Shown: one piece after another, positions 1-12,189 of the stretch | Numbering within the stretch: the first letter of the stretch is position 1 | Layout of the letters: each line of letters opens with the position of its first letter | Source: Klebsormidium nitens | Lineage: Eukaryota > Plantae > Klebsormidiophyceae | NCBI GenBank assembly: GCA_000708835.1 | Contig: DF236951.1 | Location: forward strand, 57,877-121,876 | DNA: 64,000 nucleotides | Reading direction: 5' to 3' | Notes under the pieces: generated by a model | The model's database searches: none | What the model was told of the DNA's origin: nothing | The model's input: the letters and a program-made list of their open reading frames with translations, nothing else | Made by a program: the position numbers and the translations under genes

Positions 1-3000
1 GCTTCCGGTCGAACTCCCACCGCGCGTCGCGCCCCGACGCCTCGATGCGCTCGCGCACCTGCGGGAAGCCAGGGGGGACGCCCGTATCAGAGCAGCTGGC
101 GGACACGTCAGCAAGAGGCATTGACCGAAATGGCGCCACAGTGAGAAGATCCGACTGCTTGTAGTAAAGTGGCTGAAATGCCAGACTAGTGTCTGCCATT
201 ACACGAGCAACCGCTTGATGCGCATTGTGGGTGAGGTAGCCCGCACCTGCAGGTAGACCTCGCTCCAGGTGTCGAGCACGGCCTTGCCCGTGTCGATGAG
301 GTGCTGCGTCTCGGTGGGAGGCAGCTGGAAGAGCGTCTTCAGGTCCACCTGCTCCGCCACCTTGTCGCCAATCTGCTCACGCACAGGATTCCCCACGTCA
401 GCACGGCAAGACGCATCTCTGGGAAGCGGTATTTGAAACGCTCTTTGGAGTTGCACAGCCACTGCTTTTGGAAACACGGTGTCCTCCAGGATGCATCAGC
501 TCTTGACGAGATTGAGCAGTTGGCACTTTGCGGAGCACACCCAGGACGCGAGCGTTTGCCGTTAAAATAAGGTGACATGTGTTGAGGCCCTGAGTTCTTT
601 TGGCTCTCTTCCCATGGCACAAAGAGCTGCCGGCGGCCGCGGCCGGGGGCGCACCTCGTTGGCGATGCGCTCGAAGAGGTTGCCCATGCGCACGTCGTCG
701 CTGTAGTGGCGGCTGATGATCCACACCATGCGCAGCGCGTTCATCAGCGGCGGCAGCGTGTCCAAAATGCTCGACAGCGACCCGTGGGCCAGGTTCTGCG
801 GCCCAGCGCAGGCATACGTCAGCAACGCCCCGTCCCCTCAATCCCAAAGCGAAGTCAAAAGCCGGACCTGCTCTCTGCTTCAGGCGCAGGGCAACACATG
901 TGGGAGAAATAGCGTCACGGCCAGAACGTTTAGCAGATCTGTGGACCTGAAAAGCTCCATAGGCGAGTAGATTCTTGTTGGCCTAAAGCCGAGAAACGGC
1001 CACGGGCAGAAGCCGGAAGATAAGAGACGCGAGGCCGGGCGTATTGCAGAAGCGTACCTTGAAGTGCCGTTCCAGGGTGCTCAAGAACTTGACGTTGTCT
1101 TGCGCTTCTATGTACAGTTGGGTCAGCTCATTGGACTGCACACACGCGAGACCACCGCCGCCCGTCAGAAAAAGAATTTTGTCCAGCGATCCGCCCATTT
1201 GTGATTAAGCTGAATCTGGAATAGCTATTAGAAGTTGGTTTTGCAAGCAGTGGGTTCGATTCATCCAACCTTAGATGTCACTCCTCGATGCCCGGATCCC
1301 TCGTGTTCTTCCTAACCGGGCCCAAAAGCAAGCCGGCTGTTGTGGCACTCAGGCCCTCCAGAAGCTACCGGTGTGGACAGGTGTGCCTTCCCCTTCGCAA
1401 ATGGCTGCTTCCAACCGGCGCTTAGCCTCATTCTTCAGCCGTCCCAGCCACAACAATTGTGCGCCTGGCATGAGCGCCGCTGCGCTTCCGCCACTGACCT
1501 GCGCCTTGAAGCGCATGAGCAGGTTGGCGTCCCCGCTGCCGGCCTCCAGCGTGGCCACCACCTTCTTGGCCTGCGGCGTGTTCAGCTGCTCGTACAGGCT
1601 GCCCAGCGACGCGTTGCGCTCGCGCCAAAACTCAATCTCCGCCAGGGGCCCCTTCCCCTGGGGCACCTTGCCCGCCTCCTTCTGCAGCGCCGCCCCCAGC
1701 AGCACTGTCCACTCCGCCGTCGCCTCCTCCAGCTGCGGGGCACAAAGAGACGGGCGTGATGATCACCGAGATCAGCATGGACGGCTCCATGTTGAGTCCA
1801 ATGAGGGCTGCGAAAATAGTCCCATTATTGCGTCTTCCCGTTGCAGCTTTTCAACCGATGCTTTCAGAAAGGCCAAACAAGTTCTCCCGGCCTGCTAGTT
1901 GCGTGCGCTTCTGTTGTCACCCAATTTGCGTGCGCTTCTGTTGTCACTAGAGCCGATTAGAACCAGTCCTCTCTCGTCTGATGTGAACGACAACCCATTT
2001 AGACCAGCCCGGAGGGGCCGATTGATTGCAGTGGAGGAGCGCACCTTGAGGAGGAGGTCCGAGTCGGCGGCTGCTTCAGCGACATTGTCAATGGTGACGC
2101 GCGTCATAACCAGCTGGACGTCCCCTGTCAACTGCTGGCTCACGTGGGCCACCTGGGGGCCCACAACAGAACACGCCCAGTCAGAGGGCTGGTGCACCAT
2201 TGCACTTCGAAAGAAATCAATAGCAAACGCTGCGGTGCCAAGAAGCCCACCGCCAGCCAGTAAAACAACATTGGGCAGACAGAACAACGAAAGGATACAT
2301 GACCTCAAATGTGCATGAGATATGACCACTTTCAAACTAATGGCATTGATGTCCGATGTCATGCGGTGTCAAGAGCACCCGAATGCTAGGTCACAAAGCT
2401 GCTTCAAAATGGTTTGTACCTGCGCTGCGAACTTGTGCATGCTGCTCAGGAGTTCATTCCTGGATGTGTCACCCTGCTTGCCGGCAGCCCCAGCCTCACC
2501 ACCCTGCTTCTGCCGGGCCCCCGCAGAGGACAGCATGGGCAGGTAGATCTGAGATAGCAGCTGCACATGCACACGCAGACACCCACAGAGGATCGATGAT
2601 GCTCTTACAGGCGGCCAAACTTGGGAGAACGGGGCCGATGGGGATCAGGCATCAGGCCAACCTCAGTGCCAACAGCCCAGGTGTACAAGCAATGGGTCGA
2701 AGAGAGCCACTGGTTGTGGCTTTCTTACCCCTTAATGGGGATGGCTTGATACAGAAGTGTTGATAGCTTTCACAAGCATTCCAAGGATGGTGCATTGGCG
2801 ATAGCATTTGAAAAGACCGGCAGAGGGGCACTATCAAAGAACCCTCCAGAAGACACCAGCCACTTCTTAGGCCAGCGCGTCACGCCTTACCACTTCCAGC
2901 GCACGCAGCGACGGCCCCTCGGCCAGCACCCCACACTCAATCCCGTCCTTTGAACGAAGCTTCCCCGCCTCTTTCTTGGTAAAGTACACCGCCCGCCCTG

Positions 3001-3676
3001 CAGTGCCCTCTGGTAGGGTGCCCGTGCATGCCCGCAGCTCCACCACTGTTTCCACCTCCACTGCCTCCTGCGGTGGTGGGCCGGCCTCCTCCGCTTCCGC
3101 CACTTTCCCATCAGACTCCGTTGCCTCAGCGAGGGGCTCCGGGTGTACTAGCGCCGACTCTCTGCGTGAGCTGGCCGCCAGCGTGGACGCCCGCCTCGAG
3201 GGCCCCGCCAATGCAGCCACAGAGAGCCGGCCGCTGCTCGACTCCCGTGGGACAATGCCGCTTATCCGCGCTGCGAGCGCCGAGCCATCGCTGGTGCCCG
3301 CATTGCTTCCGCTCGCCCCGTCTGCAGGCTGGCTCGCCTCCCCAGCTGTTTCTCTGCTTCCCTCCTCTTCTGTGGACTTTGTGGGTGACTCCCCGTCTTC
3401 CTCTGTGACATCCTCCCCCTTTGGAGCAACGCCAGACGCTTCTTTCTTCCTGATGACTTCGGTCCTGACCTCGTACACCAGCAGTGGGGTGTCAGCAGCT
3501 CGTTCATCCTCCAGAAAGGCTGTGATGGCAGCCTGACCATCGGCGGAGCTAGCTAGCTGGGCGAACAGGGCCTCGTCCAGCCCTAGCCCGACACATGTTT
3601 TGGACTTGAGCAATTCGGTCAACGCATCCCGCCCACTCACGGATGGGCCACCGGCAGGGACACCCAAGCTGCCCAT
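1..3676 (-). CDS. DNAH10: Axonemal dynein heavy chain, inner-arm I1/f alpha type (DNAH10/DHC1-like), 5' part; continues beyond the left edge
   Basis: Exons (minus): 3676-2891, 2560-2420, 2152-2045, 1732-1499, 1135-1058, 795-655, 372-247, 58-<1; all GT-AG and phase 0. Joined translation contains DHC_N1 tail motifs GPLAEIEFWRERN, LYIEAQDNVKFLSTLERHFK, LRMVWIISRHYSDDVRMGNLFERIA and VRERIEASGRDARWEFDRK, as recalled for DNAH10/Chlamydomonas DHC1. Confidence 0.9.
1899..1947. repeat. Perfect 22-bp direct repeat (period 27) in a dynein intron
   Basis: TTGCGTGCGCTTCTGTTGTCAC at 1899-1920 and 1926-1947. Confidence 0.95.
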
Positions 3677-5518
3677 GGTACGCTCAATGTGGTCAACTTT
3701 CAGCTGCCGGCTTCATTTGATGGAGCGGATGGTTACAATATACGAGCTCCTGCAGACAGCTTGAAGGAAGGCGCGCGAGGGACTTTCTTCAATGGCCTAC
3801 AGGGCCCCGGCAATGACACTCTACAGCTTTGAGCAGAAGGAGTTGCAAAAGGACCAACACATTTATCGAGAGAGATCAGTGCTGGTACTCTAATCATCCG
3901 GCCCTCGTGCAGTGTTGTAAAATTTGCACTGCCCCAAGCGCGCCACAGCAGTCCATAAAGAATCCAACTCTGCTACGGTAGAAGCAGCTTCCTTCCCAAT
4001 GCAGCATGATCTTGATGGACTTGAGTATCTCGTGTACAGTGTACATACTGTAACGTTGTCTAGGTTACAAGTACCTACGGTAATACCGTACACTTACGGC
4101 ACTAGATATAGCCTCTAGGTACTGTACTGCGGCAGGCCAGCTGCATTTATTCTAGCGCTGGCCCGAACCATGAAACCAGAATATCTTTACGTAACAGGCA
4201 ATGCAAATCCCACCCGAAATATCAAGTTATAACGCTCGCGTAGAATCTTTTATGGCAAATCGACGACTCTCTTATGCTGTGGCTCTCAAATAAGGGCTAC
4301 GATCCCGTCCGAATAACTCGACCCAAAGATTGTACGGTAGATGTGCGTATACCGGTAACAACGTAGAGTTCACTGCCACTGCATTCAGTGGTACCGAAAT
4401 TGGCCCCGTCTGCTATATCCTACAGAATTTTGCATGGGGCATCCGATTCGATTTTTGGTTTAGCTTAGCTAAATTTTGCTCGCTATTAAAGTTGTAGCAA
4501 ATGTTTAGCTAATAGTATACCTAAACCCGAGCCCATGCAGGGTCAACTTCAACGTGATAGGTACTGTATCTGGGTCATATCAGGGCCCGTGAAGGTTTGA
4601 CATCCTCCTCGCTGGGATCTAGGCCAAACCCAAGCATGCATGGAGGTCTTGCATGCTTGCAACACTAAGTTGAATGAGGAGAAGAAGCTCGGCTATAGCA
4701 ATACTGTCGGCCATTGTTGCAAATGAATTAAAACCCAAAAGCGACAAACAACAAAATTTTTGGGAGCATCGGTCCAGAGTGTTGTGCATCGACGGCTCCA
4801 ATAAACGGAGCTTCTGAAAGAGACATATACGAGAGTACTAATATGGCCAAGATGTCTTCGTTGTCACCGACGAACCATCTTATGATGGAAAAACCTTCTC
4901 GACATGGTCTCCTTTGAGTTACATAAGACGCCTCATGATCCGGAAAAAGGATGGGGTGGACATCCCGAACTGCGCAAGCCCACCTCTGACCTATGTGACA
5001 AATACATCCACAATGCTCGCGGTATATCAAGAGGGTTTCCAAGCCTTTACCAACTCGCACGGACGAAGTAAACTAAACTGATATATAAAAAGCAATGGCC
5101 GAGGTGATGAGAAAAAGGCGATCTTTGATGAAGCTCAGCGGAAGTCCATACTTGCCTTGTCATCGAACCATTTTCCACAAAGAAGTCTCGTGTAGTCATA
5201 ACGGGATGCATCGGAGTAAATACACTAGAAGAGAGGGGCTTGGACCTCGAGACTCATCTCTATCGAGTAACAGCATCAATGATTAGGACCAAAACAAGCA
5301 CCACATTAGAGGCACCCAGCAATACTGCAGTCTCACTGATCTTCCCTGCCACTAGCTTTTAGATGTTCGACCAGATGTACAAAAGTCCCCAAGCCTTGCA
5401 TTTGTGACCTATTTCCAATCATTATTCTCTCGAACTACAAAACCTCACCTCAAACCTGCTTACAGCTGAGAGCCAACCACCTAACAGTCTGACAAGAACC
5501 CAGTCTGCCCACCTACAT

Positions 5519-7483
5519 TCACCTCAGTGCGGGCGTTGACGATGGCGTCGGTGCTGCCTTCGATGCTGCGACTCCAAGCCAGGCCACGGCGATTCCAATC
5601 ATCACTACCCATCCGATGACATCATACTTGAAGTCACTATCGGTCTGCTTCTTTTTCTGCCTTGCAGAAGCCTGTATGAAGACCAAACTGGCACCTTTGT
5701 CTGCCGATTCGAACAAGATTTCAGTGGCTTCGAGTTCATTGCCAAGTTGCTAGATGCTATAATCACATCGTCAGCCCAACTTGACCAACAAAGAGCACCC
5801 AGATTAATCAAGGAAGTTCGCGCTTTGCGCATGCTCCAACATGGGTCTGAACTTCGACGAAAACTGAGGAGCAACACTGCCGTTTTTCGGACCGATATAC
5901 TCCACCCCACCAAGCGTCTGTCAGTCTAGTCCTCTCACCGTTGGCCCCGCTCCCGTCCCGCTGCTGACGGGGGTAATCTCGGCTTCTCGCGCCCGGAGCT
6001 CCTCATGCAGCTCTTGAAAGAGGCCCGGGGCCTGGGAAAACAAGGGTGTCGACAATGAAACGAAGTAAAATAGTCGAAAAGCAATCTACCGGGCTCATAC
6101 GGGGACACCACCTTCATTGCCAGCATGACAGGGAAGGTGTTGCAGAAACAGGCAACGTGAAGGAGACCTAGCAATCCCTGACGAAATTTTCGCTGGGCCT
6201 ACCTTTGTGGACATCTCGAGGCCATGCTTGTACATGGGGTTGTGGGGCTCCTGCAAACACAGGGACGAGCTCAGGGCTGACAAAGGAACTGCCCAACGAC
6301 CAGCATTGATCACCACAGACCAGAACATCCTGTTGCACAGCCACGTACACGACAGGCCCCTGCTTTGGCGGAAGGCGGCCACAAACAATAGATTTGAAGG
6401 CTTCATCATCATGCTTGGCGGCGGAAACTGCTCTGGCCCTTCATACCTTGGCCCTTAAACTGTGATTTGACAAGACTGGTTATATTGTCTACAACAATGA
6501 CCACCTTCAAACGCCCACACGCTACAGGCAAACAACACTGCCATTTTACCGCCACCTCTGGCAACACAATCGCCAACCTCAGCGTCACTGCCAATGTAGC
6601 AAAGGATGCGCCTGGAAGCCTGCGAGAACTGCCGTACCTCATCCAGAGCTCGTTGGAAGAGCGCATTCGCCTTGTCAAAGAACTTGTTCGCTTCCGAAGC
6701 CTCCCGCACCATGAAGCCCTGCTGGGTATGTACGTTGCCCAGACACCAGAGGGCATCATGCTTCTTAGGGTTCACTTTGAGCGCCATCTGAAGCTTGGCT
6801 GCGGCCTCTGCAGAGATTCACAGCAAGACTGATCACATATGGGGCAACCACTCTATCACAACTGACGCGATGATTTCAACAGCTGAGAAGATTGCCAAAT
6901 CCGCAGAAGAACCATCAGACCAATCCATCGTCACTGCCGCCAATCCAACCTGCCCACTGCGATCTTAATGCTATGATCAAAGTTCCCATGCGGCTCCAGC
7001 ATTCAGAGCGTAAGCGCTCTTTCACTGAGCTCTATCATGAGCACCGTTGCGCGTTCAACAGCTTCTGACAACTTACCGTCCATCAAATTTGAGGAGTCCA
7101 CTCCAGGAACCTGAGCGAGCTCCATGAGTGCACCACCCCATCGCGTGAGGTTCTGCATGCAGGAACACACCATGATAAGAATCACAAATGCACCTGCACA
7201 AAACCCCTTTATCGAGACCATAATCCGCACATTCAGAAAGGGCCAATGTTGAAACCCCCTGTCCACCCAAGCCACCCAAGCAATGCCGACAAAGTCTGTA
7301 AGGCACAGGCAAATAATCCTTCCAATGTAAAATCCAAAGAGGACGCAATGCCGAGACAGTCTCGATAGCATCGTCCCTTACATCTGCATCCTCTGGGTTG
7401 TGCTTGTGGACCTCTTCCGCATCCTCCCTGGTTTGTTGGAAAAACTGCAGCCTATCGAGGTCCTCTCGCGATAAACCCTCCAT
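5519..7483 (-). CDS. TOM20: Plant-type mitochondrial import receptor TOM20 (213 aa, C-terminal TM anchor)
   Basis: Exons 7483-7382, 7152-7077, 6807-6638, 6250-6203, 6031-5939, 5671-5519; phases compatible, 642 nt. Motifs DRLQFFQQTR, NP.DADNLTRWGGALMELAQ, ALKVNPKKHDALWCLGN and KKKQTDSDFKYDVIGWVVMIGIAVAWLG (TM) match the plant TOM20 family. Confidence 0.93.
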
Positions 7484-7680
7484 CCTTGTGGTAGGCAGTC
7501 TCCTTTCCAGTAAGTTAGAGGCACGAACCTCTTCTCCCCGTCCTTGACGAATGCCAAAAAAACTCACAAAGCCAAGGCCAAGGGCTCGATTCTATCCCTA
7601 CCTGATACCAGGTATTTCGAGCTGGCGCTGAAAGCCCGCTCTTGCGCTTCGTGCTGACAACGAACTCGAAAATCTGTGTC

Positions 7681-7716
7681 TTCAACTTCAAGTTCAAGTT
7701 CAGGTTCAAGTTCTAG
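7681..7716. repeat. Degenerate hexamer tandem repeat (TTCAAG-like x6) upstream of TOM20
   Basis: ttcaac ttcaag ttcaag ttcagg ttcaag ttctag read directly. Confidence 0.75.
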
Positions 7717-8351
7717 ATTCAGAACTTCAAATGTTCTGAGCTTCCGCCACTCTTCAAAGTTCACGGCCAGTGCAGTGGTGGCGGCGACCTTTCCCTCTGT
7801 CTCTGACACAATCTCTACTACACGACAAGGGAAGTTGACTGTTGAGGACCCGGACTTTGGAAAGAGAAAGCTTTCTACAAAATCAGCAGTTACCTTACGG
7901 TACTTGAAGTCATCCACTCTGAGAAGGAACCAGCTTATGTATCCCCTAGGTGCAAGAAGCTGAACCTGTACTCCGAGGGTGCAACGACGCTCAAAAAGGT
8001 GAATCAGATGTGCTAAGCTTGCACCACCCTGTAATCAACTAGAAAGTGTTGCAGCATTGTCTTTGAGTGTGCAATTGATCATGAGATCCTCAGTTCGTAT
8101 GTCTGGTAAGGTCAGTCATGTGCTTGAACTTCATCTGGTTTCACACACAAACGCCTCTCAATTCATCGCTGCATCTGGGCTTCTTACCGAAAAGCTTCAA
8201 GTAAAAAGTATGCAAAAAGATCGTCATTGCAGCAACACTGCCCCTCCCAGTCGATATTCGCTTCTGCTATTGAATCCTACAGCTGTCCACACTCTTGTTC
8301 TTTCACAGCTGCACTCTGGTGTCACGTTGACTTTGAGGACACGGGCAAGCG

Positions 8352-11300
8352 ATGGTGGAAGCAGCCCCGGGCTTAAGCCTGCACGAGGTGCAGTGCTTGG
8401 AGGGGCACAGCGACCGGGTATGGAGCGCGGCATGGGCACCTTCGGGGGATGCCCTGGCCTCCTGCAGCGGAGACAAGACCGTGAGAGTGTGGGCCAGAGA
8501 AGCAGGGCCAGGCACCAGATGGGTCTGCAAGGTAGGCCTTTGCAATGAAACCATTAATGATGGTGACGTGATGAGTATTTGCATGGCCTCCTAGCATCAC
8601 TGAAATTGTTGTTTTCAGTACCGCCGCTAGACTGGCAACTCTCGATTGTTTTCCAGATGGGTGTCTTTGAAACCTTCAATTCTTTCTCTCTGACGGCAGC
8701 ACGTTTTGGGGCGCAGGCCATCCTGGAGGAGTCGCACCACCGGACTGTGCGCTCCTGTGAGTGGTCCCCAGACGGCAAGTTTCTGGCCACCGCAAGCTTT
8801 GATGCCACCGCAGCCATCTGGGAGCAGACTGGTGGAGAGTTCGAATGCGTGGCTTCGCTTGAGGTGGGCTCTTCACCCCAGAACGAAAAATGACTGACTC
8901 TGAGAGAATCAGACAAATCAATCCAAGCCGGAGCAACTTGATTCAATCTGTTTCAGCAAGAGTTGAACCTCTTGAATGCACTGATCGCATGTATGTGTGA
9001 AAACAGATGCAAGTTCCTCTCTCCTTGCCTGATTGTTCTGCCCCCTTGTGCCCAGGGCCATGAGAACGAGGTGAAGAGCGTCGCTTGGAACGCTGGGGGC
9101 AACTTGCTAGCGACGTGCAGCCGGGACAAGAGCGTGTGGATCTGGGAGGCGCAGCCGGGCAACGAGTACGAGTGTGTATCGGTGCTGCAGGGCCACAGCC
9201 AGGACGTCAAGATGGTGCGCTGGCACCCCACGCGCGACTTGCTCGTGTCCGCCAGCTATGACGACACCATCAAGGTGAGCCGCAAGAAGGCGTAGGGGCT
9301 TAAAGAGGAGTCGGAACTTGCAATTAGATAGCATTTAAAGGAAAGACGTATTTCATTTTAAATGGATCTGGTGACTTGGTTACACCTCTTCTTTGCCTGC
9401 TGCTCTCTGTAGAAGCTTTCTTGTGGCTCTCTAGAATCTTTCTGCAATTGTAGAAAGCTTAGTTTGTGAACGAAGTCTTTTGACAGGGCAGTACCGAACG
9501 GCTCAGTCCTCAGGTCGTCTCCGAAGGTCCGCCAAAGTCTGAAGCCGTCTGAAACTTCTTGCATCAACAAATGTAAACCTTTTTAAGACGTCTTTTAATG
9601 CATCTCGTCCGGCACTTTCTTGATGCGCCTCTCACTTTGCTCAAGCGCACACTCTGCCAGGTCTGGGCCGAGGATGGGGACGAGGACGACTGGCGGTGTG
9701 TTCAGACGCTCTCGTCCGCAGCGCAGGGGCACACGTCCACAGTGTGGGGGGTCGCTTTCGACAGCACAGGAGATCGGATGGTGTCCTGCAGGTAAGGTCG
9801 TCGGATGCCCGCCAAGACAGAAGGGTCGTCTTCCTCGGTTTGCAAGGTTCTGTTAAGATCGATTTGGTCGGTGAGGTCTTCGACGAGCGAAGATCAATCA
9901 GTTGGCGGTTCCTGTCCGATCGTAGAAAATGATGACCTTTCAACGTTCTCGAGGCAGCAAGGTAACTCCGGCCGACAGTCCCTTCAATCCGTCCGACGTG
10001 TAATCCGCTTTTGTTTTTGCAGCGACGACCTGACCCTGAAGGTGTGGGACACGCACACCGACCCGACCACCAGCATGGGCGCAGGTGCGGGCGCCTGGTA
10101 AGGCGGCTCGAGCTGATAGCACCAACATTTTCCCAGTCAGTTCCACCATCGAGTCTCCCTGTGCTCTCTCTGAAGGAATGGGTGAAATTTAAATGGAACT
10201 TCGAACAGGATGAAATGAGTTCATTCGGGTTGATATTAATATTACCCGATGGTAGGAAGCCCGCTCCAAGTGTGGTCTCGCCAAGGACTTCAGTGCACCG
10301 TGATGACGGGCGACTGTGGCGGGCAGGATTGCTGCACTAATGAGTCGATCACCGCCAGCTCTTCCTCACCCCAGCCTGCACCGATTGACAGCCGGTGCCC
10401 CCCCCCCTTGCAGGAAGCACGTGAGCACCATTTCGGGGTACCACGAGCGGACCATCTTCAGCGTCGACTGGTCCAGGTGAGCCGCCACATCGACGGTCAG
10501 CAGCACGAGACACGGGGTCTGCCCTCTGCTGGGCGGTGGCGCTGCTGGTTGCGCTACAGAGATTCCAGATTTGGCAGGTTGGCTTAGGATGCCAGGTTTC
10601 AGTGTGAGTGTGGAGCTCCGTCGTTGCAAGGCAAGGCCATCGCGACATCCCAAAGATCGAACGAGGATGCTTGGCAGTACTAGTGTTCGGTCTTCTCTCC
10701 TCATCTTGGCTCACTTTCTTCGCCTGGTCTACCTTGAGTTTCGAGCTTGCAGGCGTCTGACTGTTGCTCGGCGAGCCACTCTGTTTAAAGCCGTGGCATG
10801 CTCGATTTCTCAGCACATTGAAGCTTCTCGGCGACACATCACGCTGCTTCCTGGCACGACTTGGCTCTAGTGCTTCGTTCCTGCAGGATGAACGGCCTGA
10901 TCGCGTCAGCATCTGGGGACGACGCCATCCGCATTTTTGCCGACGATGAGGAGCCACCCTCCACGGTAAGTCTTCTCCTGCGCCAGCCAATTGGCTCTTC
11001 AAACGCATGCCAGACAGATAAAGTTCGTCCGACCTAACCAGGCGGCTAACACCTTGTCCAAGGAAGACGCGTATTTCGAGAAGTGTCTGTGTGCTCCCGT
11101 CTTGAGTAAAGTCTCGCGAAGGTGGTGAAATGATCTCCAAGGTTGGCCAACTAAGGATACCAATTGGTCTACCTGGTCTTATAGCACGAACTTGAGTTGG
11201 TTCTCCGGCTATACTAGAAAGTCAATCGGGGCTGATCAAGCTTCAGTCGAGGGCGGGAGAAGTGATAGCACAGGAGAAGGTCATGCTAAAACGACAGTCT

Positions 11301-12189
11301 TGTTTCAGAAGGATCCCTTGGGCATATCATGGAGTATCGTCGCGTTCCGCCCTGGCCTCATGGTGGCTTCGAACCAAGCAACTAATAGCGTCAAACTTGC
11401 CAAAGGATTGCAAGTTCTTCGAGCATGGTTCCTGATCTTAAGCCGTTCGATGCCTTTCTTCGGACGCTCTACGATTGGAAATCATGCTCGGAGCATTTGA
11501 GAGCCGATGGCAGATTTGATGCGAAAAGTTGTATGTTCACCAAATGGCGGCTGCATGGCGGTTGCCTGTCGTGGAAATAGCCATTTTAACGGCAGGTCTT
11601 GGGCGGGCCTTCCTTTTGGCGCAAGGACCATGAATACAAAAGCTCGCTGCTGCAGCCGATTTCTTTTGGTCTATGTTCGTGAAGCCTCCTGATCGATGCT
11701 TCGGACGTCCTTACTTCGCAGACTGGGCAACCTACATTCAGTCAAGTGGCCAAGAAGGAAAAGGCACACAGTACAGACGTGAACTGCGTACGATGGCATC
11801 CTACGGTAAGAATTCGTGACTTTCTCACCACTGATTCGATGCTTGCGTTGCCCAGTCTTTTGGCCTTTCGATGCTGCTTTGCTCCGTTTTTGTGTTGTAT
11901 GTTCGTCCGCTTGTCAAAACATCCACACTTTACTCAGGCAGTGTGACGATACATGTTTGTCTGGTCGTTCACCTGGCATGTGCTGGGGCAGACTGAGTCG
12001 GGTTAAGCTTCACGTGCTGTCTGCTCGGAGCGCAAGATATCAAGCTGCTCGACACTTTGTATGCAGGACCCGAGATTGCTTGCATCCGCAAGTGATGACA
12101 TGTGCGTCAAGATATGGGAGCTTCGAGGACGTTCAGAATCCTTTCCAAACGGAGGGTCTGCGAATGGATCTAAAGACGTACATTTGTGA
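8352..12189 (+). CDS. CIA1: Cytosolic iron-sulfur assembly WD40 protein CIA1/CIAO1 (366 aa)
   Basis: Exons 8352-8531, 8717-8863, 9056-9274, 9661-9791, 10023-10097, 10414-10476, 10887-10965, 11722-11805, 12067-12189; 1101 nt, phases compatible. Seven WD repeats with CIA1 hallmarks: [77 protein letters not shown]. Confidence 0.95.

Noticed and set aside
4519-4530. CTAAACCC, resembling a telomerase RNA template
   Set aside because: Less than the 1.5 repeats a template needs, no visible USE/TATA Pol III promoter, and it is explained as an arm of the 4431-4539 hairpin.
4631-4659. Hairpin near CTAG as a possible Helitron 3' end (also 4076-4105)
   Set aside because: CTAG is followed by A rather than T, and no 5' TC end or Rep/helicase remnant was found.
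4670-5080. Protein-looking plus-strand frame (YGQDVFVVTDEPSYDGKTF...) with two in-frame stops
   Set aside because: No splice sites, no start for the longer part and no family I can name; insufficient to call a pseudogene.
7564-7917. 117-aa ATG ORF upstream of TOM20 (MDDFKYRK...LELEPELELEVED)
   Set aside because: Its openness is partly due to the TTCAAG repeat. It overlaps the likely TOM20 5' UTR/promoter (donor-like CAG|GTAGGG near 7603) and has no recognisable motif.
8567-8603. C-box (GTGATGA) and D-box (CTGA)-like motifs in CIA1 intron 1
   Set aside because: Only about 37 nt apart with no terminal stem; too short for a C/D snoRNA.
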